Source: Eledone cirrhosa (lineage: Eukaryota). Taken from it: a stretch of 64,000 nt of DNA. The stretch spans positions 64,542,001-64,606,000 of the forward strand of contig OZ024746.1 in assembly GCA_964016885.1 (NCBI GenBank), in the 5' to 3' direction. Below, one piece after another: positions 41,828-56,000 of the stretch. The translations under genes were made by a program, and so were the position numbers. The notes below the pieces were generated by a model that searched no databases, was not told where the DNA came from, and was given only the letters and a program-made list of their open reading frames with translations. Position 1 is the stretch's first letter. Each line of letters starts with the position of its first letter.

Positions 41828-44573
41828 AATAATAATAATAATTGTGTTAATTGGTATGGCAGATGTATTGTAAAGAATACTATAACTGAGAATGATAATC
41901 CTCCATGTAAATGAATGTTTTTTTGTACTTAATCTTATTTGATTATATTCTATAATCATGTAATTGACCGCTCTTATATGGTTGATTATCATTCTGTTGT
42001 CGATATGATTTTAAACAGATAATGTGCACATTTATAAAGCAAATGATATACTTGTAACTGTGTAAAGTGTATGACGTGAACAATCTTGTGTGTTTATTTT
42101 TGTGGTTTATCAATGTATGTGGTGAGTTTCTTTGTCCTAGGTGTCAAGAAGACACTAGGTAAGAAATTGGAAACAAAACTGAAGGAAGGGGAAACACAAA
42201 CAACAATAACATGTGTGTGATTTTTAAATCATTTGGGTGTTTACTGTAGCAAACTGTTGATCAAGTAAATTATTCTATATTTTATGGCATTACATCAAAA
42301 CAACACCTGAAAGAGCATATCCCTCATGAATCATTGGTGGGCGCTAGGTGATGCTTGATCAAACAGACCTATGATCAAGGGCATTCCTGCCATAACCATC
42401 CCATCTTTTTTATCTGAGACACTACTATGTAGTTCAATGTATTCTTTATTTATGATGGTACAGTGTGATATGAGGGAGATTGGCAGCTGTTTCTAGTAGG
42501 TCAAATGATGACATAAAGGTTCCTGTGCTGGCTTATCACACTACTAACTTTTGTCATCATAACTGGTATCTTATGTTAATACATCATAAAGTGCATCTAT
42601 ATGGTTGCTTGAGCTACTAAAAATAGCAGCCATATTTTTCTCAAATCCCACTCTGCTGCCTTAGGAAAGGAAAAATCACTTTAGATAATGCAGTCCTACA
42701 TGTCCTTATAAAAAACATAATCTTCTGTATAGAGTTTTTAAGAATTTGCATAAAAATAAACAAAAGCACATTCTTCTTTAAGCCATTTTTTACCCCACAG
42801 GCTATGAATGAATTAAAATAGGAGATATTTTTATGTTACCAAACCATTGTCATTATTCTCTGAAGGATTTAACTCTTACTGCTTTTGCAAAGCACTTTAT
42901 TTCTGTTATTCATAGGTTTATTAATTTTTGTGAAACTGTAAGTAAAATATTTATAACAAGTGTTTGTTGTTTTACTGGAAATCTGGACTGTTAAAAACAT
43001 AAAACACAACCAAATAAGTGACTAGAGAACATAGATGAAATAAACTGTGTTGATTCTAGAAGCTAAACTGTCATATAAGTAAATAACATCATTCAAAGAT
43101 TGATTTTTAAAGTAGATTTCTTGTTATTTATGTAACTATGTCATTGACTTTTATCTGATGGCTAAAATCAGTCAGATTATTTTATCTCTTCTTTTTTTTC
43201 TCTTCTTTTTGGTAACCAGAGATCTGTTGGTTATTAATCCTGACTTTCTTCACCATATACAAGATTTTTGTCATATGTTCTCAGGTCTCATCTCCCCTCC
43301 TGACTCATTCATATTTTATGTCTCTAAACTTTCTTTTCTATGAACACAGTGTGCAATTTCATTGCTTTGAGCAATGCTAATCAGTGACAAGCAATTAAGA
43401 TATTTCTTGTTCATGGCTAGAAGAAACAGTTTCAAACAGTGATGTATTTCGTCGAAGTGTTCAACATTATTTACGAGAAGATGTAATGACTTACTATTTT
43501 ATTGCAATGTCAGCAGCTTTTTGGCTAGAGTATTATAACTTCTTATCCTGATACTTTTCCACATCAACAAACTGATGCTATTCTTACATCTACTGAGGTT
43601 ACACGAGTTTTTACCTTCACAAGTGGCAGTTTATATAGAAACATTTATACAAATCATGTTAATCTTGTTGTTTAGCACCAGACAGGCCTTATCAAGCAGA
43701 CCTATGATCAAAGGCTTTGCATCTATCTTTTTGTGAATCATGAACTACTACATTGTTCAATGTCCCCATTATTTAAGATAGTAGTGTGCAATTAGAAGGA
43801 GATTGGCTGATATTTCTAGTAGGTTAAATGACCACATAAAGGTTTCCTCCCTGGTTCCCAACATTAACTTCTATCTTTATGTTAAAATATCAGTATCAGT
43901 GATAACTCTTTATGTTCAATAATTTGAGGATTTTCTTCTAATTTAGTTGCTTTGCATTCCTCTTTTGCTATGTTACTGCAATTATCTCAGATTGTTACTT
44001 CATTTCTCTCTCATCATAGACTGTTTAGCCTCTATGTATCTTTGATATCTTTATTTTATCTTGGCATTTATGTTAATGTGTTTAGAAGGATGAAAAACTC
44101 AAACCTGATGGCTGCAGTGTTTGAACTCTATACTGAAACACTGATTTACACTTTAGTTATATTTCCCAGTTTGCTGGTCTAATAACAAAGGTATCATCCC
44201 ACTTTTGTATAATCTAGTTTGTTATATTTGTCTGAATAGATGTACACTTATCTGCTCTTTGATGTTTTAGTACCTTTATTACTACATTTGAAGATTTTGT
44301 GGCCTTCTCAGCTTTTACCTTTTCATATTACCTGAGTTATTGATTTGGTAAATGGAAAAATAATCACACAAATTGAACTGTTAAAAGCTACAAGATAAAA
44401 GCCATTTATTTCTTAAAGGAATCAGTTCTCAAAGAAATCAACTCTAAGAAATAAACGGCTTTTAAATTTTCTTTGTATTATTTTATGTTTGTAGTTTTTC
44501 TATTTTTCTGGAAATAATTTGTATATCACTTCAGTTAAGTAATTTGTTAATTTATATTTCATTTTTATTTCAG

Positions 44574-44696
44574 TCAGGGGAATCCAAGTCTGAACAGACA
44601 GTGTCTGAGAATCAGACTAAAAAGGTCTTTGTTGGAGGACTTCCATTCGATGTTGATGAAGGCGTTCTAATAAAGTTTTTTTCAAAATATGGCAAG
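44574..44696 (+). CDS. Internal coding exon of an RRM RNA-binding protein (DAZAP1/Hrp48-, Musashi- or hnRNP A/B-like; N-terminal half of an RRM)
   Basis: Polypyrimidine tract + CAG acceptor (44571-44573) and AAG|GTAGGT donor. 123 bp, phase 0/0, translating SGESKSEQTVSENQTKKVFVGGLPFDVDEGVLIKFFSKYGK, with RNP2 (VFVGGL) and the F..YG motif. Neighbouring exons were not found in the window. Confidence 0.85.
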
Positions 44697-44741
44697 GTAG
44701 GTGAATTTTGCTTGTAGAGCTTGTATCAGTCATATATATAT

Positions 44742-45315
44742 ATCATCATCATCATCATCATCATCATTTTACGTCCACTTTTCCCTGCTTGCAAGGGTGG
44801 GACGGGTCTTATTCAGCACAGCATCTCTCCACTCGTCACGGTCCCTCGTCATCTCCACCGTGAGCTTCAATGATCTGAGGTCTGTTCTCACCACCTCCGC
44901 GCATGTTTTTCGTGGTCTACCTCTACCACGTCTTCCTTTAACTGGCAATTCCTGGCACTTCTTCACCCATCGGTCATCCTCCATGCGCATCACATGTCCA
45001 TACCACCTCAGTCTCCTCTCCCGTACACTACATTCTATCCCTCTCAGACACACTTTCTCTCTCAACACATTTATGCTGGGTCGTTCACGCACATTTACAC
45101 TGCACATCCAACGGAGCATGCTTGCCTCATTTCTCTCCAGCCGTCGCATATCCTCTGCAGTTGCTGCCCATGTCTCACTACCATGCAGCATCGCGCTCCT
45201 CACACAGGCATCATACAACCGGCCTTTCGTACGCAGGGAGAAACCCTTCTTCGTCAACAGAGGAAGCAGCTCCCTAAACTTCTTCCAACCCGTCCTTATT
45301 CTAGATACTATGGCC
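44742..45315 (-). mobile_element. 5'-truncated RTE-clade LINE, 3' end of ORF2, well preserved
   Basis: Open 162-aa frame KGRLYDACVRSAMLHGSETW...RRLRWYGHVMRM...GRRGRGRPRKTC, followed by a (TGA)n tail. Confidence 0.9.
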
Positions 45316-45770
45316 TATATATATCATCATATATATATCATCATCATCATCGTTTTTATATCCACTTTTCCATGCTTGCAAATTATTGAACTATCTCAAT
45401 AAAGGCTCTGAAATGACTGTCGGGAATTAACTGTCTTAATTAATTGAGATGGTAAATTCTGTGATTTTAACTTGTGAAACTGCAGTTAGAGGGATAAAAT
45501 TCATTAAGTCCTATGTATTTAGATCGCTTGACAAGAAATTTTGCCTCTGGGATGATACTCGTATTTTGTTCTTTTATTTAAAGGTGCTTTGATGTGATCT
45601 TCCTTCTAGTCATTTCTGAGCCTTATTTGAAATAGTTCAATATTTGTATTTATAAGCTTCTTTGAATTATATTATAAGCAATATCATTCATTGACATGTG
45701 ATGTATATAACTGACTAATTTCAAATATATATATATAACCGACTAATTTTCAAATTAGTCGTATGAAATC

Positions 45771-45824
45771 ATGATTCCTGATGGCTTCATACGAATGAAA
45801 CAGTTCTAGTCCTGTAGAAGTCAT
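45771..45824 (+). ncRNA. Diverged hammerhead of the 30649 family (A9>G)
   Basis: ATGATTC-CTGATGG-cTTCatacGAAt-GAAA-CAGttctagtcCTG-TA-GAAGTCAT. Confidence 0.55.
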
Positions 45825-46229
45825 TTCATAATCATCGTTTAACGTCCATCTTCTATGCTAGCATGGCTTAGACGGTTTTGTTCCATTTTATGCGGGATTG
45901 GTTGGGAGACCGTGTCTCGTATCGTACGGAACTGTCTATATATAATAAAGATGCTTATACTCTACCAATGTACTGAGTGCCATTTTTAACTGTGATTACC
46001 CCGACACAACTTGGGAATTTACATATATATGTATATATATATATATATATATACATACATACATACAAACACATACACACACGAAATGTAAATTGAAACA
46101 ATAAAGCAAACACAGTACAACACACGTATACACATATATTATATACATATATTTATACATACATATACATGTATATACACACATATACAGGCATACACAC
46201 ACATGTATATAGACACACACAAACACACA

Positions 46230-46268
<39 letters not shown>

Positions 46269-47335
46269 ATAGATAGGTAGATATATAGATAGGTAGATAA
46301 ATAAATAGATAAAGAATAAATAAATAAGCATGGTTTAATTCATCATTTAATTGATTTATACATGTTTCTTTCAAATACATCTGAAAGTCAAGGAGGGCGG
46401 GGGGGGGGGGGGGGGGGGGCAGAGGAAAAAGAAGAAAAAGAGCGGAAAAAGAAAGAAAAAGGAAGAGAAAGAGGGAAAAGGGTGGAAGACTTTGTTGTTT
46501 TGTTAATGTCCATGGTATCAGATGGCAGGAACTTTAATTCATTTAGTTAAGGAGTAGATAAGAGATATAGAAATATTGCTATTGTTGCTTACCTGCTTGT
46601 TATTTGAGGAGTAACTGATGTGACTTTAGGATATTGGTCTGCTCTGTCTAATGGAAAGCAGTAATGAAGATGGATTGAAGTCAATCTCCCCTCCCCCTCT
46701 CTCTCTCTAATTATTTTATTATAAGGCATCCATTGGCTGTTAGTTAATGACACCTAGGTAGTGTGGAAGTTATTGCCTCCTTGGTCATTTGATCAACATC
46801 CAATAGAAGTGTTAATAGGTTTGAAAATTAATTTTTTTTCTTTCTGATCCTGTATAGACTACTGACATTATAGTACTTTCTGTTGATGCACTAACATTTA
46901 TTTGGCATTTTCAGTTTCAAAATACTGCACTTTAGATAATGAAAATTATTTGTAATTTTTATTTTATTTTATTTTTTATTTTATCTTATTTTTTATTTTA
47001 TTTATTTATTTTTTCCTGTATTCTATAACTAACTTCTGTCAATTCCTGCCATAAACTAGTTTTCTTTTATATGCAAGCTTGGGGAGAAAAAAATAACAGG
47101 AAAATATTTTAAACAGTAACTTTATCGTGTGATGGTAATTATTTTACTTATAGTTTAATGGTAACATAATTAATAATGAAGTTGACATGGCACGTTTGAT
47201 TTTTTATTGTTACAATCTATTTAGCATTGTCACATTAGATTGAACATTTTCAAGTGTGTGTGTATGTATGTGTCTAGGTTTGTAGATATGAGAAAAATAT
47301 GAGAAAAGTTTGGAATATTATACATTATTATTATA

Positions 47336-47980
47336 TGCGGTGGATTGGCAGTATCGGTAGAGGGTCGGACGCCATGCTTTCCAGCATAGTTACGTCCCTT
47401 TACGATCTGAGTTCAAATCCCGCCGAGGTTTACTTTGCCTTTCATCCTTACAGGGTCAATAAAATAAAGTACCAGTAATGCACTGGGTAATTGCTGGCCT
47501 TGTGCCTAAGGTGGAAACAATTATTATATTACTGAGAAGAGGAGGGCAGTGGATTGGCAGTATTGGTAGAGCATCGAACACCATACTTTGTATCATAGTT
47601 ACGGCCCTTTATGATCTGAGTTCAAATCCTGCTGAGGTTAACTTTGCTTTTCATCCTTATGAGATTGATAAAATAAAGCACTAGTGATGCATTGGCGTCA
47701 ATTTGATTGACTTTCCCCTCTCTCAAAATTGCTGGCCTTGTGCCTATAGTAGAAATAATATTACTGAGAAGAATGGTGGATTGGCAGTATCAGTAGAGAA
47801 TCAGGCAAAGCACTTTGTGTTATTTAGCTTCAAATTTCTATGTTCTGAGTTCAAGTCCCACCAAGGTCAAATTTGCCTTTCATCCTTTTAGTGGTCGATA
47901 AAACAATGTATTGGGGCTGATATAATTGACTTTCCCTTTTCCTCTAATTGCTGACCATGTGTCAATTTTAGAAAGAATTA
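47336..47980 (+). mobile_element. Three tandem copies of the SINE family
   Basis: GTGGATTGGCAGTAT heads at ~47340, ~47549, ~47776. Confidence 0.8.
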
Positions 47981-47981
47981 A

Positions 47982-48068
47982 CTCTGGTGCTACTTTGAGT
48001 TTTGTGAGTACCCGCTGTTCATGTTATATGGTCAGCACAAACGCACGAAACTCAAAGTAGCAACAGAG
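47982..48068. mobile_element. Small MITE-like inverted repeat
   Basis: CTCTGGTGCTACTTTGAGTTTTGTG / CACGAAACTCAAAGTAGCAACAGAG 25-bp arms. Confidence 0.6.
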
Positions 48069-48085
48069 AGTAATTTCAGTAATAT

Positions 48086-48268
48086 AATTGTTTCTACTTT
48101 TGGCACAAGGCCAGCAATTATCCCAGTGCGTGACTGGTACTTTATTTTATCAAGGATGAAAGGTAAAGTTAAACTCGGCGGGATTTGAACTCAGATAATA
48201 AAGGGCCGTAACTCTATGCTGCAAAGCATGGCGTCCGACCCTCTACCGATACTGCCAATCCACTGCCC
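48086..48268 (-). mobile_element. SINE, minus strand, with probable TSD
   Basis: Reverse complement of the family; TCAGTAATATAAT flanks both sides (~48076 and ~48269). Confidence 0.8.
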
Positions 48269-50259
48269 TCAGTAATATAATAATAAATTTTTTTGTTCCT
48301 TCCTCTTCTCACTCTATCTTTCTATTTCATCTTTTATTTTCCATTCTACTTTCTGATGAAGGACTAGTGTCCAAAACATATAGACTCTTTTCATGCTATA
48401 TCAAATGTTAAACTAATATATTTCTTCATTGGACTTGTTTGCTTTGTTGCTTCTGTTTACTTTTTGCATATTTACATTTACATCATCATCACCACCATTA
48501 TTTAATGTCCATTTTCCCTGCTACCAAGGGTTAGATGGGTCTACATAGACAAGGTCACTGCTGAAACAGAGCAACTGACCTCCTACACAGGCTAAAGGAT
48601 TTGCATCCCACTTATGTAGGGTCACATTGAGAGCAGAGGAGAAGTTGTTGTCTTTTGACACAAATTTAAAGGTCATCCTTGAACTTGCTATGTCTGGATG
48701 CCCTCCCTATCACCAACCAATTTACAGCATGTACTAAGTGTAATTATTGTGTAGATCACCAACACTAGAGAGGTTGTTGTGTCTTTGATACAACTAAAAG
48801 GTCCTCTCAACCCTTTTAGGCATGGTTTCTACAGTGGCAGCCCTTCCTGTTGCCAACCATCCTTACAGAGTATACCAAGTGGATTTTCTTGGCACCATCA
48901 CTAGAGAAGTTAAAACACCACCAACCATTTATCATGAGTAGTCGTATTCCCACATATGTTTCAGCAAAGAATGCAGAGAGAGACCGTTGAAGTTTAGCTT
49001 TTTGTTTAAAAATATATAATGCAACAACTTAGAACACTCATTATCTCTAAACCTATGAGTTGATGTATAGAACTCATCAACATCAAAGTTACAAAACTGT
49101 TCTCTTTCTAGATTGTTCTGAATGTGAGAAAAAACTATTAGGTGTTCCTTTTTAAAGGGATATAAAAACCTAAAAAAAAAAAAACTAGTAATCCTAGAAG
49201 ACAAATAGAATAATGTGATAAACAATCATCTATACTTAGTGACATTTTGCTAAAAGCATTTCTTTTTTTGAGGGGGGAGAAATTTGCATTATTAATTACC
49301 AATTTCTGGAAACAAATATGAACAAATGCAGCAAAAGGGGGGAAAAAAATTGCTATCTGCTGTAGGAGTGCTTAGACAAATTATATAAAGTTATATGATT
49401 GTTATTCAATTGCTGCTAATCATTATTTCAAATGAACAAGAGGGAGAACCAATGGAATTGCTAACAATGTTAAACCACAAGTATTTTTACACATGAGGGG
49501 GAAAGTAATGCAAACAATTAAATTAGTTTGCTGTGTTCATTCATGGAACAAGTTGGTTTATTCTGACATAATAGTAACAATACCAGTACACAATAACATG
49601 GCTACTTCTGACCACTGAGATTATCTCTTCAAGAAACAATGTATAGATCAGGACGAATAGTGAAGAAAATAGCAAATTTATTTGTAAGGGAATCTTTTGG
49701 AAATTATCAAAATGCATACAAATTATACTGCTTGCTTGGTTAGTTATAATCTCTTTTTGATATGAAAGCATAGTTGGGGAAAGGAAAACAAATGTGGCAC
49801 CAAATGTGAAAAACTTATTCATTGATGTATCAGAGAGAAGGAATGTTTTATAATGGAAGCAGTTAAAACAGTTTAATTATTGCATAGTGTAATGACCCAG
49901 ATGATTTTATGTTTAATGCTATTCTGCTGTTTACAGAGATTAGACTAGGTTATAGGATGATGGCTTTCCTTTTGGAAAGTACTCTTATAAGTTAGAAGAT
50001 AAAACGCATACATGCTTTAATAGTATGTCTAATATCGGAAGAAGAACAAGGGATATTGTTAAGTTAACCAACCTTCAGTACTTTACTGGTGTTTACATTA
50101 TTGACCCTGCATGTATGAATGGAATAGAATCCAGGGCTTTACATTTTCTTTCATGCCATTGTCTTAGTTAATAATATCTGTATAAAAACCTGTATCACTT
50201 TTTATTTCTCTCTTGATTTTATCATGCTTTAGGAATGTCATAAACATAGACATGCATAT

Positions 50260-50361
<102 letters not shown>

Positions 50362-50519
50362 GCACACACTCATACAGACAAACAGACACACAAACTATAT
50401 ATATATATTGTTTGTGTTATATATATATATATATATACATACACACACACACACACACACGTCTTTTGTTCTCTCTCTATCTATATATATATATGTGTGT
50501 GTATATATATATAAATATA

Positions 50520-50745
50520 TGGGTGAAGAAATGCCAGGAAATCTCAGTGGAAGGAAGCTGTAGTAGTAAATGGCCAAGAAAGACCTTGGCAGAGGTTGTG
50601 AGAGCTGACAACAAATCACTGAGACTGGCAGAGGAGATGACTAGGGAACGTGACAAGTCGAGAGATGCCATGCTGAGAAGGACCTGTCCAACCCATGCAA
50701 GTATGGAAAAACAGATGTAAAAATGATGATGATGATGATGATGAT
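50520..50745 (+). mobile_element. Diverged RTE 3' fragment
   Basis: WVKKCQEISVEGSCSSKWPRKTLAEVVRAD...PTHASMEKQM plus (GAT)n tail. Confidence 0.8.
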
Positions 50746-51031
50746 ATATTTATATATACTGCTGACAAATTTTACATATATATATCATCATCATCATCAT
50801 CATTGTTTAATGTCTATCTTCCATGCTAGCATGGGTAAGACGGGCTTGTCCCATTTAGAAGCAAATTAGGTTGGGTGACTGTGTCTCACTGATATAGGAC
50901 TGTTTCTGGCTAGGTTTTTGCGGCTGGATGCCCTTCCTAGCACCAACTACATTTACAGTGTGGGCTGGATGTTTTGTGGTACCAACATAACATACGTATA
51001 CACACACACATATATCATCATAATGATATAT

Positions 51032-51131
<100 letters not shown>

Positions 51132-51753
51132 TTGTGTGTGTATATATACATATATCATCATCATTACCACCATTTTACATTCATTTTCCACGCCAGCATG
51201 CACATACATATAATACCTTGCATTAAGGGAAATTGATAATCTTCATTCCAGCATTGTATTTTAGATGTTGATACTTGAATAAAGATTGTCACTGATCATT
51301 GCTGCAGTTGTGATTATTAAGATAAATTGAAAAAATATAGAATAGCAATCAGTGAAAATAGCTGAGTGCCAAAGCATCTAAAGTGGCATTCCAATCACTG
51401 ACTGGGCTATTCATGGACAGATAATGATGAAATATATATTAAGATAGATGGCTGAACAGATAGACAGACAGTTGAATAGATAGATGGTTGGGATTAAAGA
51501 GTAATTAGGTAATGGAAAGAAATGGAGACTAACTGACCTTGCACTCACACATTGCTGTATTTCTGTTTCTCTCACAATTACCTTATTACTCTTCTAACAT
51601 CAGCTTAACCATAATTTTATCTCTATAAATAAACCATTGTCTTTTAAAAACATGCTTATATATGCTTAATTTATTCCATACTTAAATGAACCAAATCATT
51701 TTTAACAGGCACAAAATAATAATGATAATAATAACAATAATAATAATAATAAT

Positions 51754-51870
51754 AATTGTTTCTACTTTTGGCACAAGGCCAGTAATTACCCAGTGCATTA
51801 CTGGTACTTTATTTTATCGACCCCGTAAGGATGAAAGGCAAAGTTAACCTCGGCGGGATTTGAACTCAGA
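51754..51870 (-). mobile_element. Truncated SINE inserted in (AAT)n
   Basis: Matches the family 3' half. Confidence 0.8.
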
Positions 51871-52824
51871 AATAATAATAATAATAATAATAATGGTTTC
51901 TTTATTAGCCACACAGGGCTCACATTAAGGAAACATTAATGACGATACAGGAGGATACAGTGTGGGTTTTTCTTAGTGATAATAATGAAGAATACGATCG
52001 CCAATACAAGCGGCTGAAATAGGGTTCCTCCAAAGTATCTTTGGAGTAATGTTACTTGATAGTGTGCGTAGCTCGGAGAGCAGAGAGTCAAATCCAAATA
52101 GAGCTGCTACTTCTCTGATACTATGAGAGCTCACAGCTCTGATACTATGGGCATGGGGTTAAAATATCTCAGGAAAGAATTGCTGGGCAGATTTTATGGG
52201 CAAAACTAACTGGCAGGAGACCCAGGGGTAGACCCCGAGCAAGATGGTTGGATAACATCGATGAGCTTCTGACAGGACCCATCGGAAGGAGTGTTTGAGG
52301 GTGTAATAATTTCTTTCATAAGACTACCAATTAGGGGTTGTGGAGTTGGTAAAATAAATTGAGCTCAGTGCTTTCCTTGTACTCCAGAGTTGTATCTTTA
52401 TGACAAGAATTAAGGGAAGACACAGGCCTTTACTGTATTATGATAATATAGGTTAAGTGTAGGGTACCCTGAATTATCCTATCCCAATGTGGGTTTCTCC
52501 AGCACCTTAGGGATCCCTTTCTTATCTTTTTTATTTTTGTTGTTTTTCCATATTATTGCTATTTATTGTTATGGATTTACATCATACTTAATGTAAACCC
52601 CAGTGATTCTTGTTTATTGTTTTTGACTCTGAACTCTCAACAATGTCATGGACTCTTGTGGCCAATAAAATACACATTAATTGATGAAATACCAGAATCA
52701 TTAAAATATTTGACAAAATACTTTGAGGTATTTGTTCCCACTCTTTATCTTTGTCTTTCATTCACCCAAGCTCAATAAATTAAAACAGCAGTCAAAAACT
52801 GGAGTTATAATTGATTTGGAGACA

Positions 52825-53050
52825 CAGTCCACGCTGTAAAGTGGTTGTGCAGGAGACATGGTAAAAAGGCTCCCAGTTCACACTGTAAATGTGGTTGGCA
52901 TTAGGAAGAGCATGCAGCCGTAGAAAACTAGCCAGATACAGTTCTATATGAACGAGACATGGTCACCCGACCAATCTTGCCTCAAGTGGGACAAACCCGT
53001 CTAACCCATGCTAGCATGGAAGATGGACGTTAAATGACGATAATGATGAT
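52825..53050 (+). mobile_element. RTE-tail SINE-like element
   Basis: GGTTGGCATTAGGAAGAGCATGCAGCCGTAGAAAAC..CCCATGCTAGCATGGAAGATGGACGTTAAATGACGAT. Confidence 0.75.
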
Positions 53051-56000
53051 TGTACCACTCTTGCTCAAATTTCTACCCTTGTGCCTTTCTTAGAAATCAT
53101 AGAATTGTAAGTGTGTTGACCAATATGCTTTGTAGCATATAGTTAAAGCTCTTTACATTTTGAGTTCAAATCCTGCTGAGGTTAGCTTTTTCTTTCATTC
53201 TTAGGGGATTGATAAAATAAAGTACCAGTAGAGCATTGGGTTTAAGTTAATTGATTTTCCCTTTCTCTTTAAAGTGCTGGCCTTGTGCCAAAAGTAGAAA
53301 CAATTATTATTTTTTTTATCTCAGGTTTTGTTTGAACTCCTGGATTCTTACACGAGTAGCAGGTTGGCTACCTGCTGCCTACGCTACCATGCTATTTGTT
53401 CTCTTCAACTATCTTGTACATACCAAAGAGACAAACCTTTTTCAATAAGTCTACTGGACTCTCTATTTTTCTTTATGCTCCTCTCAATATCTTTTGATAT
53501 TGCCCCCAACAACAATCACCACTATCTTCACCTTTTCCATTTTCATTTTAGTCAGTTGACCATAAGTCTGGATCTTATTTTATTGGTATGTTTGTCAGTT
53601 TGCTTAGTTACAGGACATAAACACGCACATACATGGAATCACATACACACACATAGAATGACTCACTCACACACATCTTTACGCATAAACATGGAATCAC
53701 TCTCATACACAAAATCACTTACACACATACACAATCACTCTCTCTCACACACACGCACACACACACACAATTCTGTTCTATAGCCAGTGATGGAAAGTGT
53801 AACACTTCGACATTGTGATAAGCAGAATGATGTGGATTTTTTTTCTTTCTCTCTCACATACAGACACACACACACACATCCAGTTTAGTATAGGTACAAC
53901 ATTTTCCTGCATGTTGTAAGAATTTACTCAAAAAGTCACATCCAACCCATGCTAGCACGGAAAAAAATAACATAAAATCGATGATGATAATTTTTTATAA
54001 TTGTAAAGTAAAGCAAATATGTTTATATAGTCAGTGTATAACAGAGGTGACTGATTGATTTGTTAATTAAAAAAATTGCTGAGAGGCTGTAATCTTGGTA
54101 ACAACATTCACTGATTTTACTCATTTGATGTCAGTGTATTTAGATGAAAAAATAATTTGTTCTACTTCATAATAATAACTAGTGTCAAACAGTAAAAACA
54201 CTTGCTTTAAGAATGAATATTGACCTTTCCCCCAAAAAACTAGGAGAGAATTGTGTATAGAGAAGGAAAAGACAGGAGGCAGCATTAGACTGATTTATAA
54301 AAAAAAGTAGTTCTATCTAAATACCTTGTGGATGCAAATATTTTTTCAATTCAGTCTTTTCTATTTGAGTTTGAAGGCACCAAGAAATGTGGCTTAGTAG
54401 ATTAAAGATGTTGTTCATTTATAATAAAGTGCATCTGTTTAATTCCAATAAAGATTAAGTTAAGTTAGTGAAAATGTATTACAAAAGAAAGAAAGAAAAA
54501 TAAAGAAAGAAGCTTTATGTAATAAAAGCTTTTCAATGTGATTTTGATAGCAAGACATTTAAAGGACAGCTAGTTTGCAGAACTGGTTGTACATGAGATT
54601 ATTTGGACTCCAGTATTAAATCTTGATCAACTTTCTGCTTGTTAATTTAGCAATTTATGTCACTGAGTGATAAAGTAAGATCGAGTACCAAATTCAACTG
54701 ACTACAAAGAGACTCTATCGCACTTCTCAGAGAAATCAATAACTAGATATTAAAAAGAAAAAAACAAAGAGGAACATTTTAGAATTTCAGCTGTGTAAAA
54801 ATTCATTTGGAACTATTTTTCACTACTCATCTACTTCCTTCTTTTCCTCACCATCTCTGTGTCTCTGAGCTTATTGATAAGAAAATGTTTTTAGACTTGG
54901 ATAAAGATAATATTTATGACAAATGCATAGTTTTAGGAAGAGATCTTTTGCAAGATTCACATTGAATGATTTATTGTTTTCATTTCATATTTTGTTTTGT
55001 TGAGTGGTTTTCACTGATGCAAGATATATTTATTTGACGTTTTCATTTCACAAACCCTCTAAAATAGATAATGAAAAATAGCAATGACTGACTTGCAGAT
55101 AATGACAACAGAAGATGTATTCAGTTGAGATATCACAGATAATGTTTTCAACAACAACAGTTTGCATGATAGGTATGGCAACTACATGGGTAGGGAGAAA
55201 TAGTGAGTTCAAATTTTGCTATTTATACTCCAATTGTTTAGTCGAAATTATCTGAAAAATAATTACATCATGTATGAGGTGTTTGTTCCTGAAAGAGCAT
55301 TGAACTGGTAACCATCAGTTTCACATCATTATTATATCTGTTGTGTTTATGGTTGTACCATATAGTAAGGTTTATTTATATAGAACCAGTGGCAAATACC
55401 GATAAAGATATTAAATCCTGGCTGATGAGGAAGGAATATGCGTAAATGTTTACATAAATACAGCATTGTGATGTAATATAATATCTGATCTTGATTCTGG
55501 CTAACAAAATATAGGAAAAATAAAATAAAGTTATATTTTTAATGGAACATTGACAAAAAAAAAAAAAAAAAAAAATTGGGATTTTATAAATTCTCTCTTT
55601 TCCTGTCACTAATGCTCATCTGATATAATGATTTTCTTTGATCTTATTTTCTGGTCATTTATCACTTTTGAAAGTAATTTATTAAGATTGGTGCTTATCT
55701 AAAATACTTGCTCCAACATTTTATGCAAATATTCTAATTTGCATGACTATCTTAAAGAGAAAAAAGTTACATAATAGTTGACTGGGATAAAAGTTGATTT
55801 GCTTTTCATTTATATTTTGTGGATATTCGTCTGTGAGCCAAAAGGAATGAATTTTAGGATAATTATTATTTGTTCTGAATTTCGTTAAATTATTGATAGG
55901 AATTTTTCACAGATATTTTGATCTCATTGATCACTAATATAAAGCAATCTTTATATTATGGTAATCTTTTATATTGGTTGTGGTGTGGAGAAATAAAGCT

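Noticed and set aside
53325-53783. 151-aa ORF after an acceptor-like site as the next RRM exon
   Set aside because: No RNP1 (RGFGF) motif; runs into low-complexity CA-rich sequence.
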